Origin: an uncultured virus (IMG/VR IMGVR_UViG_3300037882_001470)
Lineage: Duplodnaviria; Heunggongvirae; Uroviricota; Caudoviricetes
DNA: 64,000 nucleotides
Direction: 5' to 3' (one strand)
Virus record (IMG/VR): IMGVR_UViG_3300037882_001470
A program made the translations under genes and the position numbers. Shown piece by piece: positions 18,692 through 28,855 of the stretch; the first letter of the stretch is position 1; the number at the start of each line of letters is the position of its first letter. Under the pieces are notes generated by a model, which saw only the letters and a list, made by a program, of their open reading frames with translations, did not search any database and was not told the DNA's origin.

Positions 18692-19159
18692 TTATCGTGT
18701 AGGTAGATTCGCGATGTAGCCTGTGATTACAAATGGTTTGATGTGAAAGTTCGGGTCAGTTGCTCCCCACGAAAGCCCGATGACATACATCTTGTAAGAT
18801 ACTCGGCCAGGCATCGAAACGTTAATCGGTGCGGCAGACGTTGTAACGACATTTTGCTCAAACCACTCTTTCACGGCTTTAAAGCCAGCGCCTCCTCCTG
18901 ACGCCCCGGAGCCGAGCATCACAATGCCATTTAGACTCATCTGCGTGAAGTGTCTACCATGCAAATACATGATACGACGATCGTTCAGCGCGCTGAGTGT
19001 AGTGACTGCGGCGGACTCACTCGGGTCCGCGCTCATTAAAAGCACAGGAGACTCCGTAGATGATGTTATGGCGGGTTGCAGCGCAGTGAATCCAGATTGG
19101 CTCTGGTCTCCAACTTTCACCGAGAATACACGCCCGCGGCAGTCAAAAAAGGTCTTCAT
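18692..19159 (-). CDS. Putative tail tube initiator / distal tail-like protein
   Basis: 155 aa beta-rich ORF immediately after the tape measure gene. Confidence 0.45.
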   Translation of the reverse strand: MKTFFDCRGRVFSVKVGDQSQSGFTALQPAITSSTESPVLLMSADPSESAAVTTLSALNDRRIMYLHGRHFTQMSLNGIVMLGSGASGGGAGFKAVKEWFEQNVVTTSAAPINVSMPGRVSYKMYVIGLSWGATDPNFHIKPFVITGYIANLPTR

Positions 19160-21897
19160 CGTTTTCGTAGTTGAATTGCCATTTGTTCCGGGTTCTCGAT
19201 GAGGAGGCGTCCTGTGAATTCTCCACCTGCTTGTCCACCAGCACCGCCGCCCGCAGCCAGTTCTTTGAATCGCTTGGCGAGATCGGCGCTCTTCAGTGAT
19301 ACCTCTTTTCTCAAGTCTTTATCAACGGCAGTCCCATCCGCGTAGGCGTCGAAACCATATCCACTCGCCATGACTTTTTCACTGGTGTTTGCAAAGCCCG
19401 CCGCCATCGTCATGGCGACATCTCCGTTTGTGGCTGCAAGTGCTAACATCTTTTGAAGTTGTTCACCGCCGTCCATTCCGCGCGCGTTTTTGGTCACAAT
19501 AGAATCCAGCGCCAACGACTGCGTATAGCGCTCTATACTTTCCATGGCAGCGGTTTGACCTTCTCCCGTCTTTACTTCTCCTCCAGCCATTGCTTCCAAT
19601 ATACCCGCCGCCGTTGGGTCCAGCGCTGAAGCTTGTTTGATACGCTCGGACATGGACATTTTATCACTCGCCATGATAGCGCGCACCTGTTCGTTCGAGC
19701 TCCCAAATACCGCCGGGGCCATCGTATCAATTGTCTGACGCTTTTGCAGCTCGGATAAATACCCGTCGGCCTCTTTTGAGCCTGCAATACGGAACTTGTT
19801 ACTGGTCTTGTCGATACCTCCTACCATTCCGTGTCCCGTCATTGCAGCCAAGACTTTGTCGAATCCCTGATTACCCGCCAGCGCGTTTTTAATCGAAACG
19901 CTGTCAGCATCCGCCGCGAGCCCAAGCGTCTGCAATAAATCACCGTCAGACTGCCGGAACGCCTCACGCATGCGATCTATCTGATCTATGTCGACGTCGA
20001 GACCTCCTGTGGAATTTACTATACCCGCCAGCCCTGTGTCTTCCCATCCAGCCGCGCCTCCGCGCTGCGCTTTATGCATCATCAACTGAATTGCTGAAGA
20101 CCCCATCTGGTCGGCAGTTGCAACGCCGTGATAGCCCTGCAAAAGCTTTGATACAAACGTGTCATCGTTGACCATACCACTCAACGATGAGCTGCCAGAG
20201 AACTGCATCCTCGCGAGCGCTTCTGCGTGATTTCGTTCGCGCATTTTCATATCCGCCTCGGCGTTACCCGCGCTGAAAAATCCACCCTCTTTCGCGACAG
20301 CATTCGCTCTATTAAACCGATTCGAATTCAATACTGAACCCTCTGCACTTATAGCTTGAGAAAACTCCGCGAATTGCGCTGGGTCAATACCCAGCTTACC
20401 CGCCTTGTCACGTATTTCCCGCTCCAACTCGGTTGTCCCGCTCTGGAAGTCCAAAGACCTACCTGAACTTAGTGCGTCCACAATCGATTTATTCGTCAAA
20501 GGATCGAAATTGGCCATCATAAACGGAACTGCTGTCTTTAACGCAGAACCTTCCCCAAACACTTCGGACAACGGACCATCCAACGAATCGTAAGATACTG
20601 CACGGTCGACACCGTAGGCGACTTTCGCGAACCTCGCTTTATCTTTATCGGACAACGATTCTAAACCGAGCTTTGTGCCGTATTTTCCGGCGAGACCGCG
20701 TCCCGCCGGAATAAGGTCGCGTATCTTTGCGAACTTTTCTATACGCTGGTCTGGCGTCAACCTCCCACCGGCTTCCAATTCACCAATCAGTGTCGATAGC
20801 TGTGTCGCATTGTCCACGGTCACATCTCCACTCGACAATGCCGCTATGGCGTCAATTAACGGAGCACCCTCTCCAGGGTTCTCAAGGATACCCGCCAACG
20901 CTTTTGTCTTACCACTCTGTAATTCAGCCAGAGTCGGTGCAGTCATGGTAAACCCCGAGTTACTAGCGATAGAAGCCAGAAGCTGCATGTTGAGTTGTTG
21001 CGTCCTGTCTCCCGTCAGCGAGGTCATACCGGCAACCGCGCCAAACCCAGCGGACCCTGTCATACGTCCGATAACATCACCGTGGCGAGTCGCAGCCGCA
21101 TACTGCTCGGCAGACGATAACCCGGACCCGGCCATGCTATTGCGGAACTCGGTGACGGTAGTCAGCATCTTCTTCAGGTTTCCAGGTGCCGCAGATTGCC
21201 CAGTAAGACGCTCTGCTTGCCTGAAAAGCTCGCTCATGTCCCGGCTGCCTGTCATGTCTGTGACGGCTGCCATCACGCGGCTGGTGTCCTTGAGGAGGTC
21301 GACCAGTTTCTTCATGCTCCCTTCGACAACCTCTGGACGTATGCTTCCGTTTGGACCGTCTTTGAAGTTGAAGAATTTACTGAAGTCCATACCACGTGCC
21401 CCATGTTCCGCGATCATCCCACCAACCGCGGTCGCACCAAATCCCTGTGTGATACTGCGATTAGCCCCACCGGTGAGTCCGGAGAACAAGTGACGATTAA
21501 GCTCAATCGTACCGGCTTCGGCCATCGCGTTCGTGAGTAGTCCGGGACCTCCTACACCGATGCGCGCCGCCATCGCGGGGTTGCGTGCCATTGCTTGATG
21601 GAACCCAGAGAACACCGCCCCAGGATTCTGCCCTACGCCGCCAGTCATAACAGCGGCGGTGGCCAGATCCCGCAATACGGCACCTGCATCTCTTTGTAGG
21701 AGCTCTGAAGCACGCTGATAATTACCACCAGCCGCAAGTGTAGCCGTTCCAAGTGTCATGGCGTTCGCTTGGGGCGAGTTTGCTACAACCCGCTTCAAAG
21801 ATTCGAACATCAGGATTTGCTCCTGACGTGCGTTCAGCGCGGACAATGGGTCCGGGGCATAGGGCCCTGCGCTCGATTCGTTAAGTGGATTCGCCAT
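19156..21897 (-). CDS. Tape measure protein
   Basis: 913 aa, Ala/Gly/Met-rich, helical character; directly downstream of the frameshifted chaperone pair. Confidence 0.7.
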   Translation of the reverse strand: MANPLNESSAGPYAPDPLSALNARQEQILMFESLKRVVANSPQANAMTLGTATLAAGGNYQRASELLQRDAGAVLRDLATAAVMTGGVGQNPGAVFSGFHQAMARNPAMAARIGVGGPGLLTNAMAEAGTIELNRHLFSGLTGGANRSITQGFGATAVGGMIAEHGARGMDFSKFFNFKDGPNGSIRPEVVEGSMKKLVDLLKDTSRVMAAVTDMTGSRDMSELFRQAERLTGQSAAPGNLKKMLTTVTEFRNSMAGSGLSSAEQYAAATRHGDVIGRMTGSAGFGAVAGMTSLTGDRTQQLNMQLLASIASNSGFTMTAPTLAELQSGKTKALAGILENPGEGAPLIDAIAALSSGDVTVDNATQLSTLIGELEAGGRLTPDQRIEKFAKIRDLIPAGRGLAGKYGTKLGLESLSDKDKARFAKVAYGVDRAVSYDSLDGPLSEVFGEGSALKTAVPFMMANFDPLTNKSIVDALSSGRSLDFQSGTTELEREIRDKAGKLGIDPAQFAEFSQAISAEGSVLNSNRFNRANAVAKEGGFFSAGNAEADMKMRERNHAEALARMQFSGSSSLSGMVNDDTFVSKLLQGYHGVATADQMGSSAIQLMMHKAQRGGAAGWEDTGLAGIVNSTGGLDVDIDQIDRMREAFRQSDGDLLQTLGLAADADSVSIKNALAGNQGFDKVLAAMTGHGMVGGIDKTSNKFRIAGSKEADGYLSELQKRQTIDTMAPAVFGSSNEQVRAIMASDKMSMSERIKQASALDPTAAGILEAMAGGEVKTGEGQTAAMESIERYTQSLALDSIVTKNARGMDGGEQLQKMLALAATNGDVAMTMAAGFANTSEKVMASGYGFDAYADGTAVDKDLRKEVSLKSADLAKRFKELAAGGGAGGQAGGEFTGRLLIENPEQMAIQLRKR

Positions 21898-22270
21898 CTA
21901 CAGGACCTTTTAACATGGCACGGAACAATTTGACAGCCAACATTTGCTTATCTGTGAGCTGGCTCGACGAAGTGGAATCGACGAATGTCGACGACATCGC
22001 TTTACGCCACGCTTGATATGCTTGATTCAGTTGTGCGATATATTTACTACGGGCTTGCGCCGACGCCCCAGCCACGACGCCTGATATGCCGGAGAGGAAT
22101 CGGTATGCTTCTTCTACTCCACGACGACGCGTTACCAGTAATGTGAAAAACAACTCACGTATATGACTTCGTAACCCATGAACATGCCGACTACGAAAGA
22201 ATTTAGGAGCGGACTCCAGATAGAGCGTCAGCAGGGCTCTTACTCTGGAGTCACCCAAAAATTTGGGTCG
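21881..22270 (-). CDS. Tail assembly chaperone, frameshifted C-terminal part (lambda gpT-like)
   Basis: Open in the -1 frame relative to 22240-22959; lacks a convincing ATG start; slippery heptamers lie in the overlap. Confidence 0.7.
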   Translation of the reverse strand, partial: RPKFLGDSRVRALLTLYLESAPKFFRSRHVHGLRSHIRELFFTLLVTRRRGVEEAYRFLSGISGVVAGASAQARSKYIAQLNQAYQAWRKAMSSTFVDSTSSSQLTDKQMLAVKLFRAMLKGPVDGEST

Positions 22271-22959
22271 GATACTCGACGAAGGCACGCGGCGTTCTTC
22301 ATCTCAAATACACAAAGCGCAGTGACAAGACGTGAAACTTTCAGTGTGCTCATCGGGCGAATAAACTCCCGGTAGTATTTACGTAGGTATTCCACATTTT
22401 CGCGGTCTGGCTTCTGCGCATCAAAGAATGGTGTCGTGTGGGTGCCGAGCGGTTGGTTGTATGCGTGTTTGATGGAAACAGCGACGGCATAATGCTGATA
22501 CCTCTCCAATTGCTTCATTACATCAATTGGGTCGATCTCGCCGGCTTTACGGTCGGCGAGAATTGTCATGTTGATGATGTCGGCCTCGAACTGCGTAACG
22601 TTCCGAACGCGAAACCGTAAATCTTGTCCAGCAACTCCGGGAAGTATGATGTCGAATTCAATCGTCTCGTCATCGGCGAACGCACGCAGCCATGTCGCGC
22701 GCTCTTCCGCAGTCACTTCAACATTGCCCGTCTCGCCTTGAAAGATGTAAGTTCGAAGATTGTCATCATGGAGAGACAGCCCATGTGGTGGTAGGTCTTT
22801 ATCCTTGGCGGGCTCTGATGGCATCGGCGCGGCGTTCTCAGTATCGAGCTGGAATTCTCGTAGTGGTGTCTTCGTGAACCCACCCTCCTTGAAATAGTCC
22901 AAGACTTCCTCTTCGGTTGCGTCGCTCGTGGAATCGTTATTTGATGTGTCTTCGGCCAT
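22240..22959 (-). CDS. Tail assembly chaperone (lambda gpG-like)
   Basis: Acidic N-terminus, position upstream of the tape measure gene, slippery site a few codons before the stop. Confidence 0.7.
   Translation of the reverse strand: MAEDTSNNDSTSDATEEEVLDYFKEGGFTKTPLREFQLDTENAAPMPSEPAKDKDLPPHGLSLHDDNLRTYIFQGETGNVEVTAEERATWLRAFADDETIEFDIILPGVAGQDLRFRVRNVTQFEADIINMTILADRKAGEIDPIDVMKQLERYQHYAVAVSIKHAYNQPLGTHTTPFFDAQKPDRENVEYLRKYYREFIRPMSTLKVSRLVTALCVFEMKNAACLRRVSDPNFWVTPE
22258..22267 (-). promoter_or_regulatory. Programmed -1 ribosomal frameshift site C-CCA-AAT-TTT
   Basis: Two overlapping in-frame X-XXY-YYZ heptamers: C CCA AAT (22267-22261) and A AAT TTT (22264-22258). Confidence 0.75.
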
Positions 22960-22960
22960 A

Positions 22961-25414
22961 TTACGATAGTTTCAGATAGGGTCTAATAATTCCAGTGAAT
23001 TTCATGGCAGTCTGGGTAAACAATGACGCGCCTTTTTTAGACGAAGGCTGGTGCAGTGGGTCGCCTCCGGAGAAAGTGTGATGGGACACACCTACACCCG
23101 GCCACGGAGCCGAGCTGGAGTTAGTACGAGGCGCAGGTAGGAGTTTAATAGCCTCGTATGCCGCATATACTGGATTCGCGTCGAGCCGTATTCTCTGCGC
23201 AGTTAAAGACTCGTAGAGCGCATGCTTCGTGGACACGCCGTGTGTATAGGACTCTGTGTCAATAAAGCTCCACGACGGTGTCGCGGTAGGAAACTGCTCA
23301 AATGCCTTTACCTTCTCAAAGTCCGTTAGGGCTGTCTGCAATTCCGCTATGTCTGTGAATTTAGGAGCGATTGCCGCGAGGTCCTCATCCTTCTTTATCG
23401 CAAATATGTGTCCGGCGTGCGACGGAACCCCATGCTCAATTGCCTTACCGTGAAACCCGGACGATGCGTACACAGACTCGCAGTGCATACGATTGACATG
23501 CACTTGCCCGGAAGATGCTCGAAACCATTTATTACCGACGCGGAATTCTGATGTTACATCGAACCATACGGAAAGCGCCTTGGTGATGAATTGTTTTCTA
23601 GCGGTAGCAATAATACTTCCGCTTCTCGCGCGTATTCCGACGTCCACTGCGGCGTCAATGTCTACGTGCTGTTTGGTCCGAATTACGACGCTTGCCGATC
23701 TGTCAGACCGATCGCCGGTATTGTCGGGTGGTCCGTCCACGATAATTGCGATTGTTCTGGCGGCGTTCAATCCGATACCGCCTACAGACGCATCGATTAC
23801 GATCGCAGAGTCGAGCACTTCAGGTTTAGGAGTTTCGATATCACCTGTTGGGTCTACGTAATCCTTAGACTTCGGGTCTTTTGCGTCTGACTTTAGATAG
23901 ACACTCCCGAGTTCGCATAGTGCTTTGAGCCAAGCTCGACCTTTAAGAATGAGCCCACCTACTCCGGCAGTAAGTTCGGCATTACGTCTTGCGCCAATAC
24001 AGACATCCTGGCCGGCAGTCATCGTGATGTCCCCTGCGGCTTCCAGCCTCAAATGACGCGCTGATGAAATACAAACGTCACCACCAGCCATTACAAAACT
24101 GGAGCCATCTCCGGCTATTTGCACGATGCTACCGTCCCGCATTATACGATAACATGCGTAAGTGTCGATGTAGCCGTAAGGTGCTTTGGAGTTAACCGAC
24201 ATAACGTCAGCCTCATCCGATCTCCAGTCCGGTATGGCTGCGTCAGCCTCGGAGTCCACTCTCCAGTCTTTGCTGGCCTGCAGGAATCGTGAAATGCTTA
24301 AAAATCCACTGAGGTATCTGGCGTATTCCCGGATTTGATACGCCATCTTGAACGCGTCTGCCGGGTCTGTTGGAAGCTTCCACATACGCAACATCCCTGC
24401 GTTCAAACGTCCGAGCTCGTCCGCGGTATTGCCATCTGAGTCCTCAACGTTGCGTATGCGTCTCGGCACTGGAATTCGCGTGACCCGCTCCAACACGATT
24501 TCAGAAACCGACTGCATCAATATGGTCCCGTCATTCAGTCGCGCGAATCGAGACTTACCTGCGCCATTTACATCATCGGATATCTTACCGATGACTTTCT
24601 CGGGGTCACGCACCCACTCCTGAATCCAAGATGCAAGCCATCCACGCATATGTAGCCATCTCCAGCGCCCGGTATCATTTACCGCATCCACATCACTCAG
24701 ATTAGGATCGGAGGCGTCGAATTTAGGATCATTGGCAGTCAGCTTGCCGAAGCTCTCGTGGTCGTAGCTCGTTTCGTTTTCTTCGACGTTGACGACGGGA
24801 CCATCAACATAGTTCATGCTGTCGCCAGTAGCAGCATGAATACGTAATGCTCGCGCTACGATACGCACCATGTTCGTGAGAAGCGAGGTCTCTACCTTGG
24901 CGAGGTCGCCGGCTTGAAGTGTCGCAAACGTACTGAGCATTCGTATACCGACGCCGAAAACAGATGTGAGGTCGAATTCGCCGCCGAACATATCTTTCGG
25001 GAGTCCCGTAGACGATGTGATCGGAGGTGTTTCGGTATCTACTTCTAGTCCTGACGTTTCGCGGACTCGGGACGTCTCTGGGAAAGCTACAGTCGTTACT
25101 AATCGCTCAAATGTTCCTTCCGGTATACACGCAAAAATCACAGACGTCGCAGCTCCATACACAAGTTTTACCTTGGTCCCGTTCGGAGGCAGCGAGACGC
25201 CGCTTACGCCAATTATTGAGGCAAACACAGGAGAAGCCACGATACACGGAATTGTAATCGGTATGGTCTGCAGTGCGACCATGCATTGCGGCACTGTAAT
25301 GTCTCCAGACACGACACGCCCTTCGTAAATCATTCCACCGATTAACTGATCTCTGTTCTTGTCTAGTTCCGAAGCTTCAGCAATGGCACCTAAAGACTGT
25401 CTGTTCGTTTGCAT
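22961..25414 (-). CDS. Baseplate central spike, gp5/VgrG-like
   Basis: N-terminal OB-fold-like GRVVS...LPPNGTKVKL; beta-helix-like repeats DVCISSARHLRLEAAGDITMTAGQDVCIGARRNAELTAG. Confidence 0.6.
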   Translation of the reverse strand: MQTNRQSLGAIAEASELDKNRDQLIGGMIYEGRVVSGDITVPQCMVALQTIPITIPCIVASPVFASIIGVSGVSLPPNGTKVKLVYGAATSVIFACIPEGTFERLVTTVAFPETSRVRETSGLEVDTETPPITSSTGLPKDMFGGEFDLTSVFGVGIRMLSTFATLQAGDLAKVETSLLTNMVRIVARALRIHAATGDSMNYVDGPVVNVEENETSYDHESFGKLTANDPKFDASDPNLSDVDAVNDTGRWRWLHMRGWLASWIQEWVRDPEKVIGKISDDVNGAGKSRFARLNDGTILMQSVSEIVLERVTRIPVPRRIRNVEDSDGNTADELGRLNAGMLRMWKLPTDPADAFKMAYQIREYARYLSGFLSISRFLQASKDWRVDSEADAAIPDWRSDEADVMSVNSKAPYGYIDTYACYRIMRDGSIVQIAGDGSSFVMAGGDVCISSARHLRLEAAGDITMTAGQDVCIGARRNAELTAGVGGLILKGRAWLKALCELGSVYLKSDAKDPKSKDYVDPTGDIETPKPEVLDSAIVIDASVGGIGLNAARTIAIIVDGPPDNTGDRSDRSASVVIRTKQHVDIDAAVDVGIRARSGSIIATARKQFITKALSVWFDVTSEFRVGNKWFRASSGQVHVNRMHCESVYASSGFHGKAIEHGVPSHAGHIFAIKKDEDLAAIAPKFTDIAELQTALTDFEKVKAFEQFPTATPSWSFIDTESYTHGVSTKHALYESLTAQRIRLDANPVYAAYEAIKLLPAPRTNSSSAPWPGVGVSHHTFSGGDPLHQPSSKKGASLFTQTAMKFTGIIRPYLKLS

Positions 25415-25456
25415 AAAAAAGTAAGGTCCGGGCGATCATCACAAACGCCCGGACCT
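25415..25456 (-). terminator. Putative intrinsic terminator/attenuator after the tail tube gene
   Basis: 11-bp inverted repeat aggtccgggcg (25424-25434) / cgcccggacct (25446-25456), followed on the minus strand by TACTTTTTT. Confidence 0.65.
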
Positions 25457-25483
25457 CAATACAACCAAATTCAAACTGCCAGG

Positions 25484-25927
25484 TTATTTCTTACCCATGG
25501 CCGGGATGATCATCGTGAACCCCTCAGTCACAGCCTCGGTGCCAGTGGCGAAGCTGAACTGGATATTGTTGATGACGCCACCCTCGAACGTAAATCCACC
25601 CGTCCCGGCGGCGCTGCAACGGCCTCCGCTGAGCAAGTTCACAGACATCGCTTCGATGCGTCCGCAGTTGCCGAGCGCCGACGAGATGGATGAAAGAAAT
25701 CCCTTTTTACCTACAGCGCAATTCGCAGTGAGCTGCCCCTGTGCGTTACCGTTGGTGAGATACATGGTCGAAGACCCGGCCTCGAACATGGCGGTGACAT
25801 TGCGGCCATAGCTGCCTTGACACCCTTGCAGGAGTCCGACTGCTGACCCGATGTTCAGTGACGCGAACTCAGAGGTCATAATGCCTGCTGACTCCACTTT
25901 TTTATTGTAGCCGTATACGTCTGTCAT
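25484..25927 (-). CDS. Tail tube protein
   Basis: 147 aa, directly after the sheath gene; tube-like pattern (Y.R.V..MFE.GS...Y...G...G.L); terminator follows. Confidence 0.7.
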   Translation of the reverse strand: MTDVYGYNKKVESAGIMTSEFASLNIGSAVGLLQGCQGSYGRNVTAMFEAGSSTMYLTNGNAQGQLTANCAVGKKGFLSSISSALGNCGRIEAMSVNLLSGGRCSAAGTGGFTFEGGVINNIQFSFATGTEAVTEGFTMIIPAMGKK

Positions 25928-25957
25928 TGTGTGATGGTATTAGTGTTTTATCGTTGC

Positions 25958-28840
25958 TTACGAGACCACCGGGGCCTCGGGTAGGATGTCGTTGTTGCTT
26001 GCCTGCGAGACATTGAGGAATGCGTCGATGTGGTTTGCTGGAAGCGGTTGGAAGGTGTTTGCCGTAATCGAGAATCGGTCCTTCAATGTGGAGTTGATCG
26101 TTACGGTGACTGGGTCAAATCCAACCAGCGCCGGTCCGATTTCCTGGTCGGCGGGATTGAGCTTTGTCTCGTCGCTGAGTGTGGCCGTCCATTTGTCCTG
26201 CAACTCAATGAGTGTCTGTCGATTGACATTGCGGCGTCCTTTGTATGGAAGCGTTATCGCGGTCAACCTGCGTGAAATTCGAAGAGTGTTTGTAACAACC
26301 ATCTCCTCGTAGGACAGAGCGCCGTTATCAGTGCGAGTGGTCAATGCGTGACGCACCGTCACTGGACTGCCTTCGGTAATCTGTCCGACGATGGTTACAC
26401 CAGCCGCCGCGAGTTCGTTCAACTGCGTCTCGGTGTAGTTCATGAACGTCGACACCGCCGAAGACACAATAGGAATCGCCGCGCCAGACAACCCTCGCTG
26501 CGTAACAGTTGCCGTGCGGAGGCCTGCGAGATACGCCGCGACATAACGTGCTGGAAGATCGACGCCTGCGGCTGTCCGCGCACCTTCCGTCCAGACCAAT
26601 CGAACGTATTCGGAGGACATCGCCACGGCACTCCCGACCAGTGCTTCAACATTGTTTGCCGATGTATTTGCCTTCGAAATCACAATGGAGGTTGCAGGTG
26701 TAACGGGAGCCGCAGGCCCGGACGCGAGCAGCAGCTCCGTGGACGACAGTTGCGAACCAAACGTGTAATCAACACCCTGCACCGTCACAATATCCCCGGC
26801 GTGAAGATTTAGCGGCGTAATATCGACACCTGGGTTTGTGAGCGTGACGAGGATGTTGGTGCCGGAGTAGGAAGTCACGGTCCCGATGAGAGGCGACCCG
26901 TTAACGCTCGACAATACTGAACGACGTCCAGGCGAAGACGCGCCCACCCAACCTTCACGGAACATTTCGCGCGAGGGGGCATTTGCTTCGACAAGATGGG
27001 AGCGCAGCGCGTCTCGAACATCTGCATGATCCGTTGTCGTGATGATGTACTCCACAGGCTGTCGTGCAATCTTACCGAGCGCCGTCGTGTATGCTCCGGC
27101 TGTTTCATCGGTCGTGCGAAGAACATATGCGCTGCCGCTACCGCCCGCCAGAATCATGGAAGCGGCATACGCCAAATCATTGTCCGGGTCGATAACGCCC
27201 AGTAATGTCTGGACCTGTGTCGTCGAAGTGACTGTGATAATCGATTCACGAGCCGTAGGTGGGATAAGCGACCGCCAGCTTTGATATAGGCGCCCAACGC
27301 TGTTCACGAACGGCACCCAGTTGTAGCCCGCGCTACGCTCTGCGATATAGAGACTGAGTCCAGGATCAACCACGGCCCCGGTGGCTTGTGCGGACCATGC
27401 GGTGGTGTCAGTGGACGCGGTGCGCTGAACTTCCCCCGTATACGGAACGCGAATGCTAACGTCGAGATGCGTGGTGAAGTTCGTGAACAACGTGCCGTCG
27501 ATTGCGGGGCCGTCTAGGATCAACTTATCGAAGGACACTGCGGACTCGGAGGCTGCGATTGCCGAAATCGAGTAACGGTCACCTTTTCGTAGACCGCGCT
27601 GCGGTGTTGCAACCGCTGTCGTGAGATCGAACACAATTGAGAGACCAGACGATGCCAACGGCGTTGCGGCGGCGTCCGTAAGTGTAGCGGTTGTCGTTCC
27701 ATACAGCCCGGCGGTGTCAGTGATACGAATTACAGCACCGGTGGCGGTTGGAGTCGTCGAGTGATAAGTGCCGGTGATGACCTCTATAACGAAATTCGTG
27801 TTGCGCGTGCCGACGTAAGCAGACCCGACGCCGGGGCGCACCATCGCCACGCTCGCAGCGTTGCCAGTCGTCAAACGCGTGTAAGGTGCTGTGACTTCGA
27901 ACTGGATTGTCTGTCCTACATCCAGTTGATCAACAACAGGGAACCATGCGGCTAGGTCGAGTGTGACCGTGATGCCCGCCATTACGGTCGGGTCGACGCT
28001 CGAGAATACAAAGTCTCCGGACGTCTCTACCGCTGTAACGCTGCCAGAATAAAGCCCGGACGCCGATGTGACCGCAACTGTCGGGAGCGTGGAGCCAACA
28101 ACACCCGCGGACGTCACCGTAAGTGTGAATAGTTCAGCGAACTTACCATTGCGATATGTGCCGACGAGGCTGCCATTCACGAATCCGGTAGCTGCCGTGA
28201 CTGTGACCGCACCGGCGCTGGCCCCAGCAGGCACAACGACACCTGCTGTAGCCAGAGTCGTGGTCGACGGATTTGCGGAAGCTCCAGCCGGAGTGGCGTC
28301 GGATACAGATACGTCAGAACCGAACGATGCGGCGGTTGCAACGCCTCGCATACCGACAACACGTCGCTTATTTGTGACGCCTGCGCCGGTCACAGAAACG
28401 ATATCGCCAATAGCGACAGGACGCCCGCGTAGCTTCGTGATGAGCGTGCCGGTGCCTGCGAACACCGCAGTATTAGCCTGTAGGATGTTTGACTCGGCGA
28501 GTGATGGGACGGTAGCGTATTGGGAGTCCGCTACGACGATACTGGCGAGCTCAGCTTCAAGACCGTCGCCGAACAGCTTCGAGAAACCGTAATCGACCGC
28601 CTCGTCCACAGGCTTTACGGTAGGTGTCGATGCATTCAAGTAACGATATGGCACTGTCTGACCTGCGGCCAGAAACGTGTCACCCATTGTTGGCGTCGAT
28701 GTGCCGTAGTCTTTGTTGAACCGACTCAACCGGTAATTAGGCCCGACCGCACAAGCCGTGCGCGTGTTACTGACCGGAGACGCGACTGTTTGGAAGTTCG
28801 TCGTGAAAGAAATGGATGGTGGCTCGTAATTTTGAATCAT
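25958..28840 (-). CDS. Contractile tail sheath protein with large insertion domains
   Basis: N-terminal P..S......C.VGP; C-terminal PARYVAAYLAGLR...QLNELAAAGVTIV...VRHALTT...EEMVV, typical of sheath C-termini. Confidence 0.85.
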   Translation of the reverse strand: MIQNYEPPSISFTTNFQTVASPVSNTRTACAVGPNYRLSRFNKDYGTSTPTMGDTFLAAGQTVPYRYLNASTPTVKPVDEAVDYGFSKLFGDGLEAELASIVVADSQYATVPSLAESNILQANTAVFAGTGTLITKLRGRPVAIGDIVSVTGAGVTNKRRVVGMRGVATAASFGSDVSVSDATPAGASANPSTTTLATAGVVVPAGASAGAVTVTAATGFVNGSLVGTYRNGKFAELFTLTVTSAGVVGSTLPTVAVTSASGLYSGSVTAVETSGDFVFSSVDPTVMAGITVTLDLAAWFPVVDQLDVGQTIQFEVTAPYTRLTTGNAASVAMVRPGVGSAYVGTRNTNFVIEVITGTYHSTTPTATGAVIRITDTAGLYGTTTATLTDAAATPLASSGLSIVFDLTTAVATPQRGLRKGDRYSISAIAASESAVSFDKLILDGPAIDGTLFTNFTTHLDVSIRVPYTGEVQRTASTDTTAWSAQATGAVVDPGLSLYIAERSAGYNWVPFVNSVGRLYQSWRSLIPPTARESIITVTSTTQVQTLLGVIDPDNDLAYAASMILAGGSGSAYVLRTTDETAGAYTTALGKIARQPVEYIITTTDHADVRDALRSHLVEANAPSREMFREGWVGASSPGRRSVLSSVNGSPLIGTVTSYSGTNILVTLTNPGVDITPLNLHAGDIVTVQGVDYTFGSQLSSTELLLASGPAAPVTPATSIVISKANTSANNVEALVGSAVAMSSEYVRLVWTEGARTAAGVDLPARYVAAYLAGLRTATVTQRGLSGAAIPIVSSAVSTFMNYTETQLNELAAAGVTIVGQITEGSPVTVRHALTTRTDNGALSYEEMVVTNTLRISRRLTAITLPYKGRRNVNRQTLIELQDKWTATLSDETKLNPADQEIGPALVGFDPVTVTINSTLKDRFSITANTFQPLPANHIDAFLNVSQASNNDILPEAPVVS

Positions 28841-28855
28841 GGCAACTTTTGAAGA

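Noticed and set aside
3283..28840. Extracellular contractile injection system or T6SS interpretation
   Set aside because: Capsid, scaffold, prohead protease, neck and lysis genes are present, indicating a phage.
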